64,000 nt of DNA from the NCBI GenBank assembly GCA_963695855.1, contig CAVOHZ010000010.1, positions 992,001 to 1,056,000 on the forward strand. The letters run 5' to 3'. Below, one piece after another: positions 22,627 to 34,301 of the stretch (positions are counted from its first letter, which is position 1; every line of letters begins with the position of its first letter). Under the pieces are notes generated by a model. That model made no database searches. It was not told the origin of the DNA and saw only the letters and a list, made by a program, of their open reading frames with translations. Made by a program: the position numbers and the translations under genes. Origin of the DNA: an uncultured Nitrososphaerales archaeon. Its GTDB lineage: Archaea > Thermoproteota > Nitrososphaeria > Nitrososphaerales > Nitrososphaeraceae.

Positions 22627-23727
22627 ATGATTGATCGAAATAGCATAATGGATATTGTAGGAAATTATGATCACAAAAAGATAAAGATAGGTGTTCTTGG
22701 AAGTCATTCTGCATTAGAAATTATGGATGGTGCAACCGATGAATCAATGAAAACGGTTTGTATATGTCAAAAAGGAAGAGAGACACCCTATTTGAGATTT
22801 AAAAGAATATCCAATGATATTCTGATATTAGATAAATTCGCAGATATACTGGATGAAGAAATTCAGAAAAAATTACGAGATTTGAATGTTATAATGGTAG
22901 CTCATAGAGCATTCTCAGTCTATTTGGGATACGATAACATTGAGGGTAATTTTTTAATTCCTATTTTTGGCAATCGAAACCTTTTGAGGGCCGAAGAGAG
23001 AACATATCCAAAAAACCAATACTATTTACTAAATAAATCTAATATTAAACATCCAAAGATATATCGAGATCCTTCAGAGATCTCAGGTCTATCTATTGTA
23101 AAAGTTCAAGAAGCAAAGAGAAAATTGGAGCGAGCATTTTATTTTGTACACTCTTATGATGATTATAAAGAAAAAACGGAAAACAAGATAAAAAATGGAT
23201 TAATCGATAAATATGATGTTGAATCTGCAATAATTGAAGAATATGTTATAGGAACATATTTCAATTTTAATTTTTTCTATTCTCCTCTGAATAATGATAC
23301 AGAATTTTTGGGAATCGAAAGAAGATTACAAACCAATTTACATGATTTCACTACATCATTAACTGCTAAACAACAATTGGAATTAGACATCGAATTACAA
23401 AATATAGAGATAGGACATACACCAGCGAGCATTCGTGAGTCTATGCTAGAAAAAGTATTTGATTTAGGAGATAAATTTTCACGAACATTGAAAGAAGAAT
23501 ATGCTCCAGGTTTAATTGGACCTTTCTCCCTACAAAGTGTTGTTACCAGAGATCTGGATATATATGTTTATGATGTTTCATTTCGAGTTCCAGGAAATCC
23601 GATATTAGCAACCACAAGTCCATACACTAAATATTATTACGGTTTTTCGATGGGCGTAGGACGGAGGGTTGCAATGGAGATAAAACATGCTATTCTAGAA
23701 AATAGAATCTCTGAAATAGTTACATAA
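22627..23727 (+). CDS. purP: Formate--AICAR ligase (PurP family)
   Basis: GSHSAL, FGNRNLLRAEER, GHTPASIRES, IGPFSLQ, MGVGRRVA. Confidence 0.9.
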   Translation: MIDRNSIMDIVGNYDHKKIKIGVLGSHSALEIMDGATDESMKTVCICQKGRETPYLRFKRISNDILILDKFADILDEEIQKKLRDLNVIMVAHRAFSVYLGYDNIEGNFLIPIFGNRNLLRAEERTYPKNQYYLLNKSNIKHPKIYRDPSEISGLSIVKVQEAKRKLERAFYFVHSYDDYKEKTENKIKNGLIDKYDVESAIIEEYVIGTYFNFNFFYSPLNNDTEFLGIERRLQTNLHDFTTSLTAKQQLELDIELQNIEIGHTPASIRESMLEKVFDLGDKFSRTLKEEYAPGLIGPFSLQSVVTRDLDIYVYDVSFRVPGNPILATTSPYTKYYYGFSMGVGRRVAMEIKHAILENRISEIVT

Positions 23728-23754
23728 TTTTTTTGTAGTATCTCAATTGTTAGG

Positions 23755-24456
23755 CTACAGCTTTCTATATATACCTTCAATTATTTCTATTGTATCTTTC
23801 AGTTTTGTAACCGAATAGGTGGGTATTTCACAAGCGCGCTGCGGCGATTGCAAATTAAAAATAGAATCAGTTATACGGATTGTTGTAATTCCCACTTTAT
23901 TGGCAGGATAAATGTCTGTATCTAACCTATCTCCTATTACAACACATTCAGCAGCAGTAACATTAGCTTTTTTCATCAAATATAAAAACACCGTTTCATC
24001 CGGTTTGGTAGTATTTAATTCAGACGCGATAACAATAAATTTAAACAGATTATACAGATGATCTTTTTTTAGTAATTCAAGAGAAACGTTTGAATAATTA
24101 TTAGATATCATTGCTAAAGTATGATTTTTTGATAGGGTTTCTACAACTTTTTTTACCTCTTCAGATATCTGATAATATCTTTTTTCTCCTTCAGTTATTT
24201 CTAATTCTATTCTGTTTAAAATAATTTTTTCGTATCCTTGTGGTAGAATAAGTTTGCAGATTTCTATAATAACTTGCCTCAATTCTCCATTCAAAATTCT
24301 CCTAGTTTTTATAACATTGTTTTTTAATGTGAGATAATTCCTAAAATCAATCCTAGCTCCAAAACCATTGATCTGTTCCATGACCTTTTTATCGATATAA
24401 TGAATAAATTGCCATTCGTCAATTAATGTTTGACCTAGACAGAATATAAGAAACAA
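23755..24456 (-). CDS. HAD-superfamily hydrolase-like protein
   Basis: ISN, KPD, IGDRLDTDI motifs; motif I is degenerate (FCLGQTL). Confidence 0.82.
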   Translation of the reverse strand: MFLIFCLGQTLIDEWQFIHYIDKKVMEQINGFGARIDFRNYLTLKNNVIKTRRILNGELRQVIIEICKLILPQGYEKIILNRIELEITEGEKRYYQISEEVKKVVETLSKNHTLAMISNNYSNVSLELLKKDHLYNLFKFIVIASELNTTKPDETVFLYLMKKANVTAAECVVIGDRLDTDIYPANKVGITTIRITDSIFNLQSPQRACEIPTYSVTKLKDTIEIIEGIYRKL

Positions 24457-24577
24457 TCTTCCTATTTGAAACTTTGATCATTATTATATTTAATTTTTTT
24501 ATTGAATATTTTTGCTATCTATATTAAAAGATATTTATAAAAAAACAAATAAAACATGATAAAACACACTAATAATT

Positions 24578-25096
24578 ATGAATATAGGGGTAATATCTGA
24601 TACTCATGACGATATTAATAATGTCAAAAAGGCAATAAAAATTTTCAACGATCATAATGTAGACTATGTAATCCATGCTGGTGATTATGTATTTCCTGGC
24701 ATTGTGCTTGAGTTTGGTAACTTAAATAAAAATATAAAGTTTCTAGGAGTGTTAGGAAATAATGATGGAGAAAAGATTGGACTTGCCAATAACTTTCAAC
24801 GAATCGGAGGTAATATAAAATGGGATTTTGGGGAAATTATTTTAGATAGTCTTTCAATAGGGATTTACCATGGTACAAATACTGAGTTAACTAATTCTCT
24901 AATTTTAGGTAATAGATTCGATGTTTTTATTTATGGTCATACGCATAAAAAAGACAACAGGGTAATAGGAAAGACTCAATTGCTAAATCCAGGTAGTGCC
25001 CATCAGGATCTTCAAAAGGATGAACCAAATAAAGGACCTTCTGTTTTAATTTATAATACAATTTATAAGAGATGTGAATTTATTCTTTTGAATTAA
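24578..25096 (+). CDS. YfcE/MJ0936-family metallophosphoesterase
   Basis: SDTH, HAGD, GNND, YHG, GHTH, NPGS. Confidence 0.93.
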   Translation: MNIGVISDTHDDINNVKKAIKIFNDHNVDYVIHAGDYVFPGIVLEFGNLNKNIKFLGVLGNNDGEKIGLANNFQRIGGNIKWDFGEIILDSLSIGIYHGTNTELTNSLILGNRFDVFIYGHTHKKDNRVIGKTQLLNPGSAHQDLQKDEPNKGPSVLIYNTIYKRCEFILLN

Positions 25097-25156
25097 TTAT
25101 GTTATTCATTAAAAATTTATAACCCTCACTATATTCTGTTTTTTCAAAAGTAAAAA

Positions 25157-25546
25157 TCATAATCCTGCATGTGTATACCTATGAATAAATAGATCTTCTT
25201 CATAAAGAGTCTTATAACCGCATATCTCACACGATAAAAAATCAGTCAATTTTTCTAGATTTATAGGTTTTCCTACAATAATTGTATTCTCAAATTCAGT
25301 TATTTTATATTCTAATAGGTTTGGATCTTTTTTAAACCATTCATTTATTTTATTTTTAATGATAGTCTTAATCAAGAACAAGTTTGATGGTTCTGTACTG
25401 ATTATAATACTAGTTTCATCTTCACTGATTTCAATATCATTACTTTTAAGAGAACTTATCTTGATGACCTCCAGAATTAACATTTTATATATTCGTCTTG
25501 CTAAATCTAAATTTCCTGCAAAATTAACCACAATTGAGCTTTTCAT
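25157..25546 (-). CDS. Hypothetical protein with C-terminal C2H2 zinc finger
   Basis: CEIC-x12-HRYTH. Confidence 0.75.
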   Translation of the reverse strand: MKSSIVVNFAGNLDLARRIYKMLILEVIKISSLKSNDIEISEDETSIIISTEPSNLFLIKTIIKNKINEWFKKDPNLLEYKITEFENTIIVGKPINLEKLTDFLSCEICGYKTLYEEDLFIHRYTHAGL

Positions 25547-25642
25547 TTAGTTATCTTTGCTATAAAAAATATTTATTATCTTTATCAATGTCACGAAATT
25601 CTTATTTTAGAAATAATAGCCTTTGATTGATAACTTTTATCC

Positions 25643-26128
25643 CTAGAGAAATCCATCATTATTTAATTGATTTAATAAAGGAGTAATACTTGATAATATT
25701 TCTTTTTCGTCTAAGATTGTTCTTTTATTAATTTCTAAAATTATAGCTAACATATTTCTATCCTCCCTAGAAGTTGAGACGAAATGGTCATTTATATAAA
25801 ATTTGCTCATGTTATTTGTTATCCAAGATTTCCATTCTATAGCTCTATTGACACTTTTTTCTAATTGCAAAATAGTTTTATCTAATTGAATATATTCAAC
25901 ATCTAACAGATCTAATTTAAGCATTGGTACCATTAAATGACCTCCTTCAACCTCCATCTTATCTTCTTTCATTTTAATGATAATTTCTTCTTCTTGGCTT
26001 TCATTTTTTGTATTAGCATTATATTTTGGATAATAGTATCCAGCTAAATTATTATTCCAATCATATATTTTGTAGACTGTATCTTCATATTCGCATTTCC
26101 AATTCTTAGTATTTACTTTACCAAACAA
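25643..26128 (-). CDS. Hypothetical protein
   Basis: 161-aa ORF co-oriented downstream of EF-2. Confidence 0.75.
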   Translation of the reverse strand: MFGKVNTKNWKCEYEDTVYKIYDWNNNLAGYYYPKYNANTKNESQEEEIIIKMKEDKMEVEGGHLMVPMLKLDLLDVEYIQLDKTILQLEKSVNRAIEWKSWITNNMSKFYINDHFVSTSREDRNMLAIILEINKRTILDEKEILSSITPLLNQLNNDGFL

Positions 26129-26228
26129 CTGCTGTTATTCCTATAACATGAGATTTAAAAAATCTATCGAATAACAATTGCTAAGAGAAGAGGAAGGTGT
26201 TTTTAAGCTTGTCTATTGCTCAAAAGAT

Positions 26229-28430
26229 CTATTCTTTATCTATAAATTCGTCTGGATTTGGCGGTTCTGGATTAAGACCTTTTCTTTTCCTAACATCGGT
26301 CACCAAATTTTTAAATACTGATTGAGGAACAGATTGCCAACTTTTGAAATATGTATTCCACATAGCTTTTCCAGCTGTCCCTCCTCGCATTGCTTCTGAT
26401 AAATCAAAAGTTTCGGATGCAGGAACTTCTCCTAACATAATCGCAATGACACCTTTTTGATCAACATTCAATAATTTTCCTCGTCTTCCAGAGAGAATCC
26501 CCGCTACAGTCCCTATCTGCTCTTGAGGGCATTTGACTTCTATCCCCAATATTGGTTCCAATAAAACAGGGTCAGCAATTAACATTGAACCTAACATTGC
26601 TCTCCTCGTTGCAGGCATTAATTGAGCTAAACCCCTATGAGCTGGATCTTCATGAGGAACAAAGTGATGAAGAATGAATTTGACTCCACGAAGCGTTTCG
26701 TGCGCCAAACCGCCAGAATGTACTACATCGTCAAAACCAGATTTAATTGAATCCATAGATTCTTGTATAAATTGTACGCCCTTAGTTTCATCTATCAACA
26801 TATTACCAGATGGATCAATGGCGCTAACATTCCTAGCTTGATCTGCACTCCACCCTTTTTCTCTGAGAATCCTAGCAAGTTCTTTTTTGTCCATGTCTTC
26901 TCGTATTTGTCCAGTTTTAATCATCTCGATTATATTTTCCTCGAGTGGCTCTACACGCATAAATATTTTGTTGTGTCTATTTGGAGATTTACTCATTATA
27001 GGACCTGCAGGTGAACGAATTGTTTCTCTATAATTAATTAAAGGTTGTGATGTTGAAATTTCTAGATTTGCTTCTTGTAAAAGGGAAGTTGCGATTTCTA
27101 AATGCAAAACTCCCATTCCCGCCATTAGTGTTTCTCCTGTCTCTTCATTTATCTTAACTATAAGATTTGGATCCTCAACAGTTATTTTACGAAGACCTTC
27201 TACAAGTTTAGGTAGATCTTTTGGATGTTTTGGTTCAACTGCTATAGTTACTACAGGCTCAGAAACATATTTAATTGATTCAAATGCAATATTATTTTTT
27301 ACACTTGAAATAGTTTCCCCAGCAACAGCATAATCTAAACCTAAAAGTGCAGGAATATTACCTGCGGGTAATACACTTACTACTTCCCTAGTATTGCCCA
27401 TGTAGATATTTACAGACTGTACTTTTCCTGATCTTTTTGCATCTATAAGGTAAACTTCATCACCGTCTTTAACGGTTCCAGAAAAGAGTCTGCCTGTTGC
27501 TATTCGACCGGCCTGAGGATCTACGTTTATAGTTGTCACCATCATTATGGCAGGACCGTTTTCATCACAATTTATTAATGCTTTTCCAATATCAGAATTA
27601 AGATCCCCTGTCCAAATCTTTGGAATCCTATATTTTTGTGCCACATGTGGAGGAGGATGGTGTTGGACTACCATTCCAAGAACTGCTTCATGAAGTGGAG
27701 CTCGTTCAGAAAGAGACTTAATTCTATTAGGATCGTCAGAAGTATAGGCATCATATACATCTTTAAAACTAAATCCTTTTTTCTGTGCTACTTTGAAGTT
27801 GAAACCCCATCTATCTTTTGCAGAACCAAAGGCTACAGTATTTCCTTGAATACTAACTTTCCATTTTTCTTTCAGCTCAGGTTCGGCATATATATCTACA
27901 AGCTTATTAAATTCTGCTATGATATTAGATAACCATTTTTGCATTGCAGGAGGATCAAGACGTAATTCTTTTACTAATCGATCAATTTTGTTAATATATA
28001 GAACGGGCCGAACTCTTTCCTCTAATGCTTGTCTTGTTACAGTCTCTGTCTGAGTCATTATCCCTTCTACTGAATCAGACACTACAACTACACCATCTAT
28101 TGCACGAAGAGCTCTTGTAACTCTCCCAGTAAAATCTATGTGTCCTGGAGTATCTATCATATTAATGACATATTCTCTTCCCTCATGCTCATAAAATAAA
28201 GTTACATTGGCACCTCTAATTGTCATCTGTCGATTTTGCTCTAGCTTCATAGAGTCTAAAGCTAATGCTTGCCCTGCTATAGAAGGCGATATTATACCAG
28301 ATGCAGCTAAGAGACTATCACTCATGGTCGTTTTACCATGGTCGACGTGAGCAATAACACCAAAATTTCGGATTTGGTCTTTATGATCAATAATCCTTAG
28401 AATATCTTGTGTTGATTTGAATTTAGGCAT
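26229..28430 (-). CDS. fusA: Elongation factor aEF-2
   Basis: AHVDHGKT, DTPGH, NKID and diphthamide loop HEDPAHRG; start taken at MPKFK. Confidence 0.98.
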   Translation of the reverse strand: MPKFKSTQDILRIIDHKDQIRNFGVIAHVDHGKTTMSDSLLAASGIISPSIAGQALALDSMKLEQNRQMTIRGANVTLFYEHEGREYVINMIDTPGHIDFTGRVTRALRAIDGVVVVSDSVEGIMTQTETVTRQALEERVRPVLYINKIDRLVKELRLDPPAMQKWLSNIIAEFNKLVDIYAEPELKEKWKVSIQGNTVAFGSAKDRWGFNFKVAQKKGFSFKDVYDAYTSDDPNRIKSLSERAPLHEAVLGMVVQHHPPPHVAQKYRIPKIWTGDLNSDIGKALINCDENGPAIMMVTTINVDPQAGRIATGRLFSGTVKDGDEVYLIDAKRSGKVQSVNIYMGNTREVVSVLPAGNIPALLGLDYAVAGETISSVKNNIAFESIKYVSEPVVTIAVEPKHPKDLPKLVEGLRKITVEDPNLIVKINEETGETLMAGMGVLHLEIATSLLQEANLEISTSQPLINYRETIRSPAGPIMSKSPNRHNKIFMRVEPLEENIIEMIKTGQIREDMDKKELARILREKGWSADQARNVSAIDPSGNMLIDETKGVQFIQESMDSIKSGFDDVVHSGGLAHETLRGVKFILHHFVPHEDPAHRGLAQLMPATRRAMLGSMLIADPVLLEPILGIEVKCPQEQIGTVAGILSGRRGKLLNVDQKGVIAIMLGEVPASETFDLSEAMRGGTAGKAMWNTYFKSWQSVPQSVFKNLVTDVRKRKGLNPEPPNPDEFIDKE

Positions 28431-29292
28431 ATTTAGACATAACAAAAAAAAATGCGCAGGGTTATTAAACTTTCCTTATATAGACTATCCGCAAGTTGGA
28501 AGTAAACAAGTATGAAATGGCTAATATAATGAAGCGATATTTTGATGGTAATTTGGATATCTGGTTGGTATCCAATTTTCAGAACAAAGGGGCCTTATAG
28601 CAGAGAATTTTATCCCTTCGTTAGTTGACGAATCTAGAAGATATCAATTTGCAATCGGTGTCGTAAATATTACCCATAAGCATGTACTTCTCTATACTGA
28701 AAACTTCAGTTGAATTCGCCTCTAGAAAATATCTGGATAGAAAAATAAAGCTGTATTTCATAGCTGGAACCGAATTATCTGGTGTTTATTGAAGTGCATC
28801 AATAAACAAAATTGTGATCAACAATATATATACAATTAGAACAAGTTGTCTATCTATTCATATAACATTATCACTACAAATATTCGATTTCTGAAAGGAT
28901 GTGAAATTCCATCAAGGTAACAGTTGATATAAATTATACTGACGAGCAAAAATTCATTTACAAATTGTTTCAAATAAAAATTTTTAATATGCTTGAAAAT
29001 CGATCCTTCCAATGTTTACTGAATACACGAAATTTAGTTAGCCAATATATATGATTAAAAGTTGATGATCCATATTATCAATTTTAGACAATTATTTATT
29101 GAAATACAAAATAATAATGTCTATAAATCAAATTGAGAAATTAAGGTTCTAAAGAGTCTTATGCAGTACTCAAAATCCAGTAAAGATATGGTTCATTAAT
29201 CTCAATCATTATACGAATTTTTCTATATGGAACTTCATTTTTTAGCATGTGAACAGACTTATATTAGTCGCTATAAATAAAAATTTGATCGT

Positions 29293-30072
29293 ATGAACAT
29301 AAGTGACAAGTCAAGAAAAGCAATGGAGACTATTGGCTTGACAAGTTACGAAATTAAAGTATATTTATCTTTATTGGAACATGGATCTTTAACTGCTTCT
29401 GATATTTCTAAAAAATCAGGTGTGCCTTATTCAAAAATATACGAAGTACTAAATTCCTTACAAGATAAAGTATGGCTAGAATCAAACAGTTCTAGGCCTC
29501 AAAAATTTTTTCCTAAATCTCCTTCAACAGCCTTAGAAGCGATAAAACTGCAGAAAGAGAATGAAATAAGATACAATGAAGAAATTATTAACAATGAATT
29601 GATGCCCGTATATGAAAAAAGCGGAATTAAGGAAAAACCAGAAATCTGGGTAGTTAGAGGATTTTATAATATAGCTAGTAAAGTAAATGAGATAATTCAA
29701 AACAGTCAAAGGGAATTGCTAATTGCCTTACCGCAGATCGCTCAGGAAATCGCCAAACCATTACAGCCACTTCTTAGAACCTTACATGACAAAGGAATTA
29801 AAATAATAGTCTTGGTGTCCGAAGGAACCAATATAGAAATAGTAAGGGCAATCTCCAGAATAGCTGATGTCAGAATCAAAGACAACATGTTTGGAGGAGG
29901 AGTCATTGGAGATGGTAAACAGGTGTTAATTTTACTGGGTGAAGAAAGAATAGAAAAAGGTAACTTTGAACCAATAGCAATATGGGCAGAACATCCTGGA
30001 TTAGCTGGCTATGCAAAAGATTATTTTCAATATTTATGGAATGACGCAAGATCTGATAAGGATCGAAATTAA
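29293..30072 (+). CDS. TrmB-family transcriptional regulator
   Basis: GLTSYEIKVYLSLL, SGVPYSKIYEVL, RPQKF, C-terminal PLD-like domain. Confidence 0.92.
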   Translation: MNISDKSRKAMETIGLTSYEIKVYLSLLEHGSLTASDISKKSGVPYSKIYEVLNSLQDKVWLESNSSRPQKFFPKSPSTALEAIKLQKENEIRYNEEIINNELMPVYEKSGIKEKPEIWVVRGFYNIASKVNEIIQNSQRELLIALPQIAQEIAKPLQPLLRTLHDKGIKIIVLVSEGTNIEIVRAISRIADVRIKDNMFGGGVIGDGKQVLILLGEERIEKGNFEPIAIWAEHPGLAGYAKDYFQYLWNDARSDKDRN

Positions 30073-30271
30073 TGAATAATTTATTTAGTTGAGAAGATTT
30101 ACTAATTTCAATAAATAGGTTTTATGAGTTAAATTTTTATCTTATTTTATAGTGTGGATTTTGGCAAACGATGACTAAACTAGCCCTACTGATAAATAAA
30201 AATGATGAAGATCTTGAGTTTGGAGTTTGTCAAATCCATCATTGATTTAGTCTACTGTAAATACTACTATA

Positions 30272-31342
30272 TTAGATATCTTTTCTTCCTTTAACAAACT
30301 CTTGAAAGTTTTCTTTTGCTTTTGTATATGACATTTGAATTGGTGGATGTTTAAAGCAATATGCCGAAACACTTTCAAGTGAACCAGATAATCCTCTGTC
30401 AATGCCAATTTTAGTAGCTCTTATTGCATCTATCATTATACCTGCACTATTGTAGGCATCTGCTACCCTTAATTTCAAGTCTAATTCAATAGGAATATTT
30501 CCAAATTTTTTACCGCGGATATTGATATAACATATTTTATCATTCTTTAAAGAACTAACATAGTCCGAAGGACCTATCCTCATTGGAATGGTATATGGAG
30601 ACATTGCTTCTACAGCACTTGTTTTACTAATTCGTTTATCCTCTAACCGTTCATCATCAAGCATGTTGTAAAAATCCATGTCACCACCTATATTCAGTTG
30701 ATAAGTATCGTCTACCTTGACACCTCTATCAATAAAAAGCTTGACCAAGGTTTTATGAACAACTGTTGCACCCACCTGGCTCATTATATCATCACCAGCA
30801 CACAGAACATTATTATCTTTAAATGCAGTTTGCCAATGAGGTTCTGATGCTATGAAAACTGGTATTGCATTTATGAATGACACTCTTGCATCCAAACATT
30901 GTTGTGCATAAAACTTTGTTGCTTCTCTACTACCTACAGGCAGATAATTCAGAAGTATATCAGTGTTCGTATCCTTCAAGATAGTAGAAACGTCTGCAAC
31001 AGGAATATCGGAAATACGAATCTTCTCCGCAAGATGTTTTCCTACTCCATCCAATACTTCTCCCTTATTGACCTTTACATCCAATCTATCCAGTGAAATT
31101 ATCTTCATGGCATTATTAGGTTCAGAAAAAATAGCCTCAGATACGTCCAATCCGACCTTTGAGTCAGATACATCAAAAGCTGCTACAAACTCAATATCTT
31201 CAGGAGTATAACCTGCCAAATTATATGCGGTTAAACCAGTAGGATCCTTTTCTTTCATTGATTGGTAATAATGAATCCCCTGGATAAGAGCTGAAGCACA
31301 ATTTCCAACTCCAGCAATTGCAACCTTAATTTTTTCTGTCAT
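30272..31342 (-). CDS. ino1: myo-inositol-1-phosphate synthase
   Basis: GVGNCASALIQG, NYLPVGS, GDDI.SQVGAT, QLNIGGDMDF, SKT, NSAG. Confidence 0.95.
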   Translation of the reverse strand: MTEKIKVAIAGVGNCASALIQGIHYYQSMKEKDPTGLTAYNLAGYTPEDIEFVAAFDVSDSKVGLDVSEAIFSEPNNAMKIISLDRLDVKVNKGEVLDGVGKHLAEKIRISDIPVADVSTILKDTNTDILLNYLPVGSREATKFYAQQCLDARVSFINAIPVFIASEPHWQTAFKDNNVLCAGDDIMSQVGATVVHKTLVKLFIDRGVKVDDTYQLNIGGDMDFYNMLDDERLEDKRISKTSAVEAMSPYTIPMRIGPSDYVSSLKNDKICYINIRGKKFGNIPIELDLKLRVADAYNSAGIMIDAIRATKIGIDRGLSGSLESVSAYCFKHPPIQMSYTKAKENFQEFVKGRKDI

Positions 31343-31426
31343 TCCTTTTTATTAACCTAAATTGATCATTCATTTATATTTTTTTAAGAATTCCAAAAAA
31401 GAAAGAAAAACCAGATCTTAGATAAC

Positions 31427-33838
31427 CTATGTTTTCAACTTAAATAGAACTACCGAAATAGTGCTATCTGTAAAATATTCTTTGGGGATAGAGGATTTCG
31501 GAAAATAAACACAATGTTCTTCCAAAGGACATATCTGCAATCGATACCGATCTGCTATTGAAACGATCTTAATAACAAATTCACCTGATTGAGGCAAATT
31601 GATTAATAGTTGCAATATTCCAGTAGTTTTTATTGCAGTCGACACACCATGGAAAATTAAATGAAATTTATTAATTTCTAAATCAAAATCAATTCGATCG
31701 CCAGCAGGTGTAGAAAAATTAAAAAAAATATTGTCTATTGAATTATTCTAAATATTAGGTAATAATTTTATTGCGTCACCCCAAAAAATTGTTGCATTTT
31801 GAGGCTTTAGCACCGAAATTCTATTTTTTATATTTATTACCGATTCCTGGTCTGTATCTATTCCAATGAAGTATTCTTCAGGATGATCCGAAGATACATG
31901 AAACAAAAGGTCTCCAGTTTTTAAACCTATTTCCAAATTTATTTTAGAATAAGATTTTTTGGCATTTACAATTATTCTGTTGATTTGATTTGACGAGTTA
32001 CTTTCATGATAAAACTGATATACTAAGTTCCATCTTTGTCTAAAGATATGATATCAGGAAAATTTCTATTGTTTATTAATTCCTTGAAAATATCTATATC
32101 CATAAATTCTGAAAAGAATTTATCGGTTTTAGAAATAGCTTCAAATTTTGGGAGCAATAATTCGTTGTACAGATTTGTTACCCGTTCCTAAGCACTAATA
32201 GGATCTGAACCCATATATGTCACTGACAAATCAACGAGCCCCAGAATTTGACACATAAGATCATATTTTTCTCTCTTTCTTGTATCATTTATCAATTTTA
32301 AGAGATCATTGTACTTTTTCATAGATGTAGGCTTCTGTTTGAAAGGATAATCTGTTCTCCAAATCATAGATTCCACAATGATGCTCTGAATCAGTTTACC
32401 AGATTTTACATATTATGCATGAGTGGTTACATAATCTATTGGAGGAAGAAGCTGTTATTGATTTTGCTGAAAATAATTCTTGAATTCTATTTCATCCATG
32501 CTATAGTATGCATCAATAATTCTCATATCAGTTAGAATTGATACTATTCTTTCAACCTTAGGTCCTTCAAATCTAAATAATCCTATACTAGTCCTATAAT
32601 TTTGTTGATATGGATCATAATCGTGCAATAAACTAGCAATCAATAAAAATTCATAATCTTCCCAAATAAAATAATGTTCTTGGAACTCTTTCGGTAATAT
32701 CTGTAAAGTTACATAAGAAACCTCTAAACTATCATGGAAATTATGGTAGCGATTTGAGCCCTCGCCCAAACCTTGTACCTCGTACATATTTTTTAGGATT
32801 AAAATAACATACCGAATTTTTTCAATATTGTTTGGTTTAATATTTTTTATTCTTGCTAATATGAGTAATGACTCGCTTAGTTCATCAAGATTAACATATG
32901 AAAGATTTAGATTGGTTTCATCAATAATAGGTTTGGCATGTATGGACATGTATTTGACAGTTTTTCCGTATATATCTTTATACAGGATCTTAATAGGCAA
33001 GCTCTGAAAAAGATAAATAGCAATCGCACTCAATATCCAGTGATATTTGATTCTTTTTTTTCATGTTCTGTAATAATATTTGATGCGACAGATAGTTGTT
33101 TATTGATAGAATTAATTAATATACCAAAATCAGTAGTATTGATATTCAATTCATTGTCTGTAAAATGTGCAACATCTGTAGTCAGTATCAACCATTGAGG
33201 AATAGTGACGATATATTGATATTGATATTTTTTTAAAAAAAATTTTCACCTTTTAAATATTTGCGCGAAGTATTCGCTACTATCTTTTTCCCTGAAAAAA
33301 AGAGAAGATCTGAATCATTATCAACCTTAAGAATAATTTCTTCATCACTTGTTTGAAGACTGAGAAAAATATGCCAATATTTTTCTTTATCTAACCAATC
33401 CGGCACTAATGTTTCACGATCCCAAAAATCCGTAGGACCAAAATGCACAAAACCGTTTACATATTTTTTTGTTACCGGATTAAATGTTGAATAATTATAA
33501 TCTCCTATTGTTGGATCTAATTTTCTACATAAATCCCTTGCTAACAAGATATTGTCCATATATCTGGTAAATTCTCTGTAAACCATTATTTCCCATATAG
33601 TACTTATAAAACTCAAAATCGTAAATAAAATATGAAATCCAGTAATGTCATGATCTGTAAAATAATGAGGAGCTAATTGAATACCAAACCATCCTGTAGA
33701 TAAAATTCCAGAAAAGAATGATATTAAAAAGAAAATTCGGGTTAGATCATAATAATATAAACTAAGTGGTTGTAGATGGGATCTGGTTAAATAATTTTGA
33801 ATCCTGATTGTTTTTAATAGACCTCTGATCATCTCCAA
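31427..33838 (-). pseudogene. Fragmented ~800-codon gene: 2 TM + soluble domain + HD domain + tRNA-m7G-methyltransferase-like SAM fold
   Basis: ORFs 33233..33838, 32455..33033, 32188..32376, 31748..31936 and 31427..31645 join through frameshifts (~33238, ~33057, ~32050) and in-frame stops; YHNFHDSLEV / LLHDYDP (HD), LEIGLKTG / FIGID / WGDA / SIDNIFFNF (MTase). Confidence 0.7.
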
Positions 33839-33969
33839 TATATTGTTCAGTCGATATCTATCATATTTTTTAATATTAATACATATAGAATTTGAGCAAT
33901 TTTAGATGATATAAACAGTAAGCAGTAATTGATACAAGAATATAAGAACGAATCAGGAATTCACAATAT

Positions 33970-34299
33970 TTAGTTAACTACGAGATCCATATCGTTTTCA
34001 TTTAGTCTAAAATTTATTGATCTTAATTTACTTTTGTAAAAAATCGTTTTTCTGCCTCGTAAATTAATATGAATTCTATCAATTGAAACTATACCCATGT
34101 TTTCTAATTTCTTTATTCGTTTATAAATAGAACTCAATGGTAAATTTGTTTCATCATGTATTTGATAAACGGTTTTTGATTTTTTCATCAGTAACAAAAT
34201 AATCTCATATGTATCATTTTCAAGGATACTATTTAAAAAAGAGATAACTGTCTTTTTATCAATATCCCAACTATTTTTAATAGCTGTTAGACTCAACAT
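33970..34299 (-). CDS. Winged helix-turn-helix regulator (ArsR-like)
   Basis: SKTVYQIHDETNLPLSSIYKRIKKLENMGIV...GRKTIFYKS. Confidence 0.85.
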   Translation of the reverse strand: MLSLTAIKNSWDIDKKTVISFLNSILENDTYEIILLLMKKSKTVYQIHDETNLPLSSIYKRIKKLENMGIVSIDRIHINLRGRKTIFYKSKLRSINFRLNENDMDLVVN

Positions 34300-34301
34300 A
34301 A

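Noticed and set aside
26229-28430. Atypical (diphthamide-less) EF-2 paralogue
   Set aside because: The canonical HRG diphthamide motif is present.
28588-28660. tRNA-like start GGGGCCTTATAGC
   Set aside because: No T-loop (GTTCRA) or complementary acceptor stem follows.
30200-30260. C/D box sRNA (ATGATGA with flanking inverted repeat)
   Set aside because: No CTGA D box at a suitable distance.
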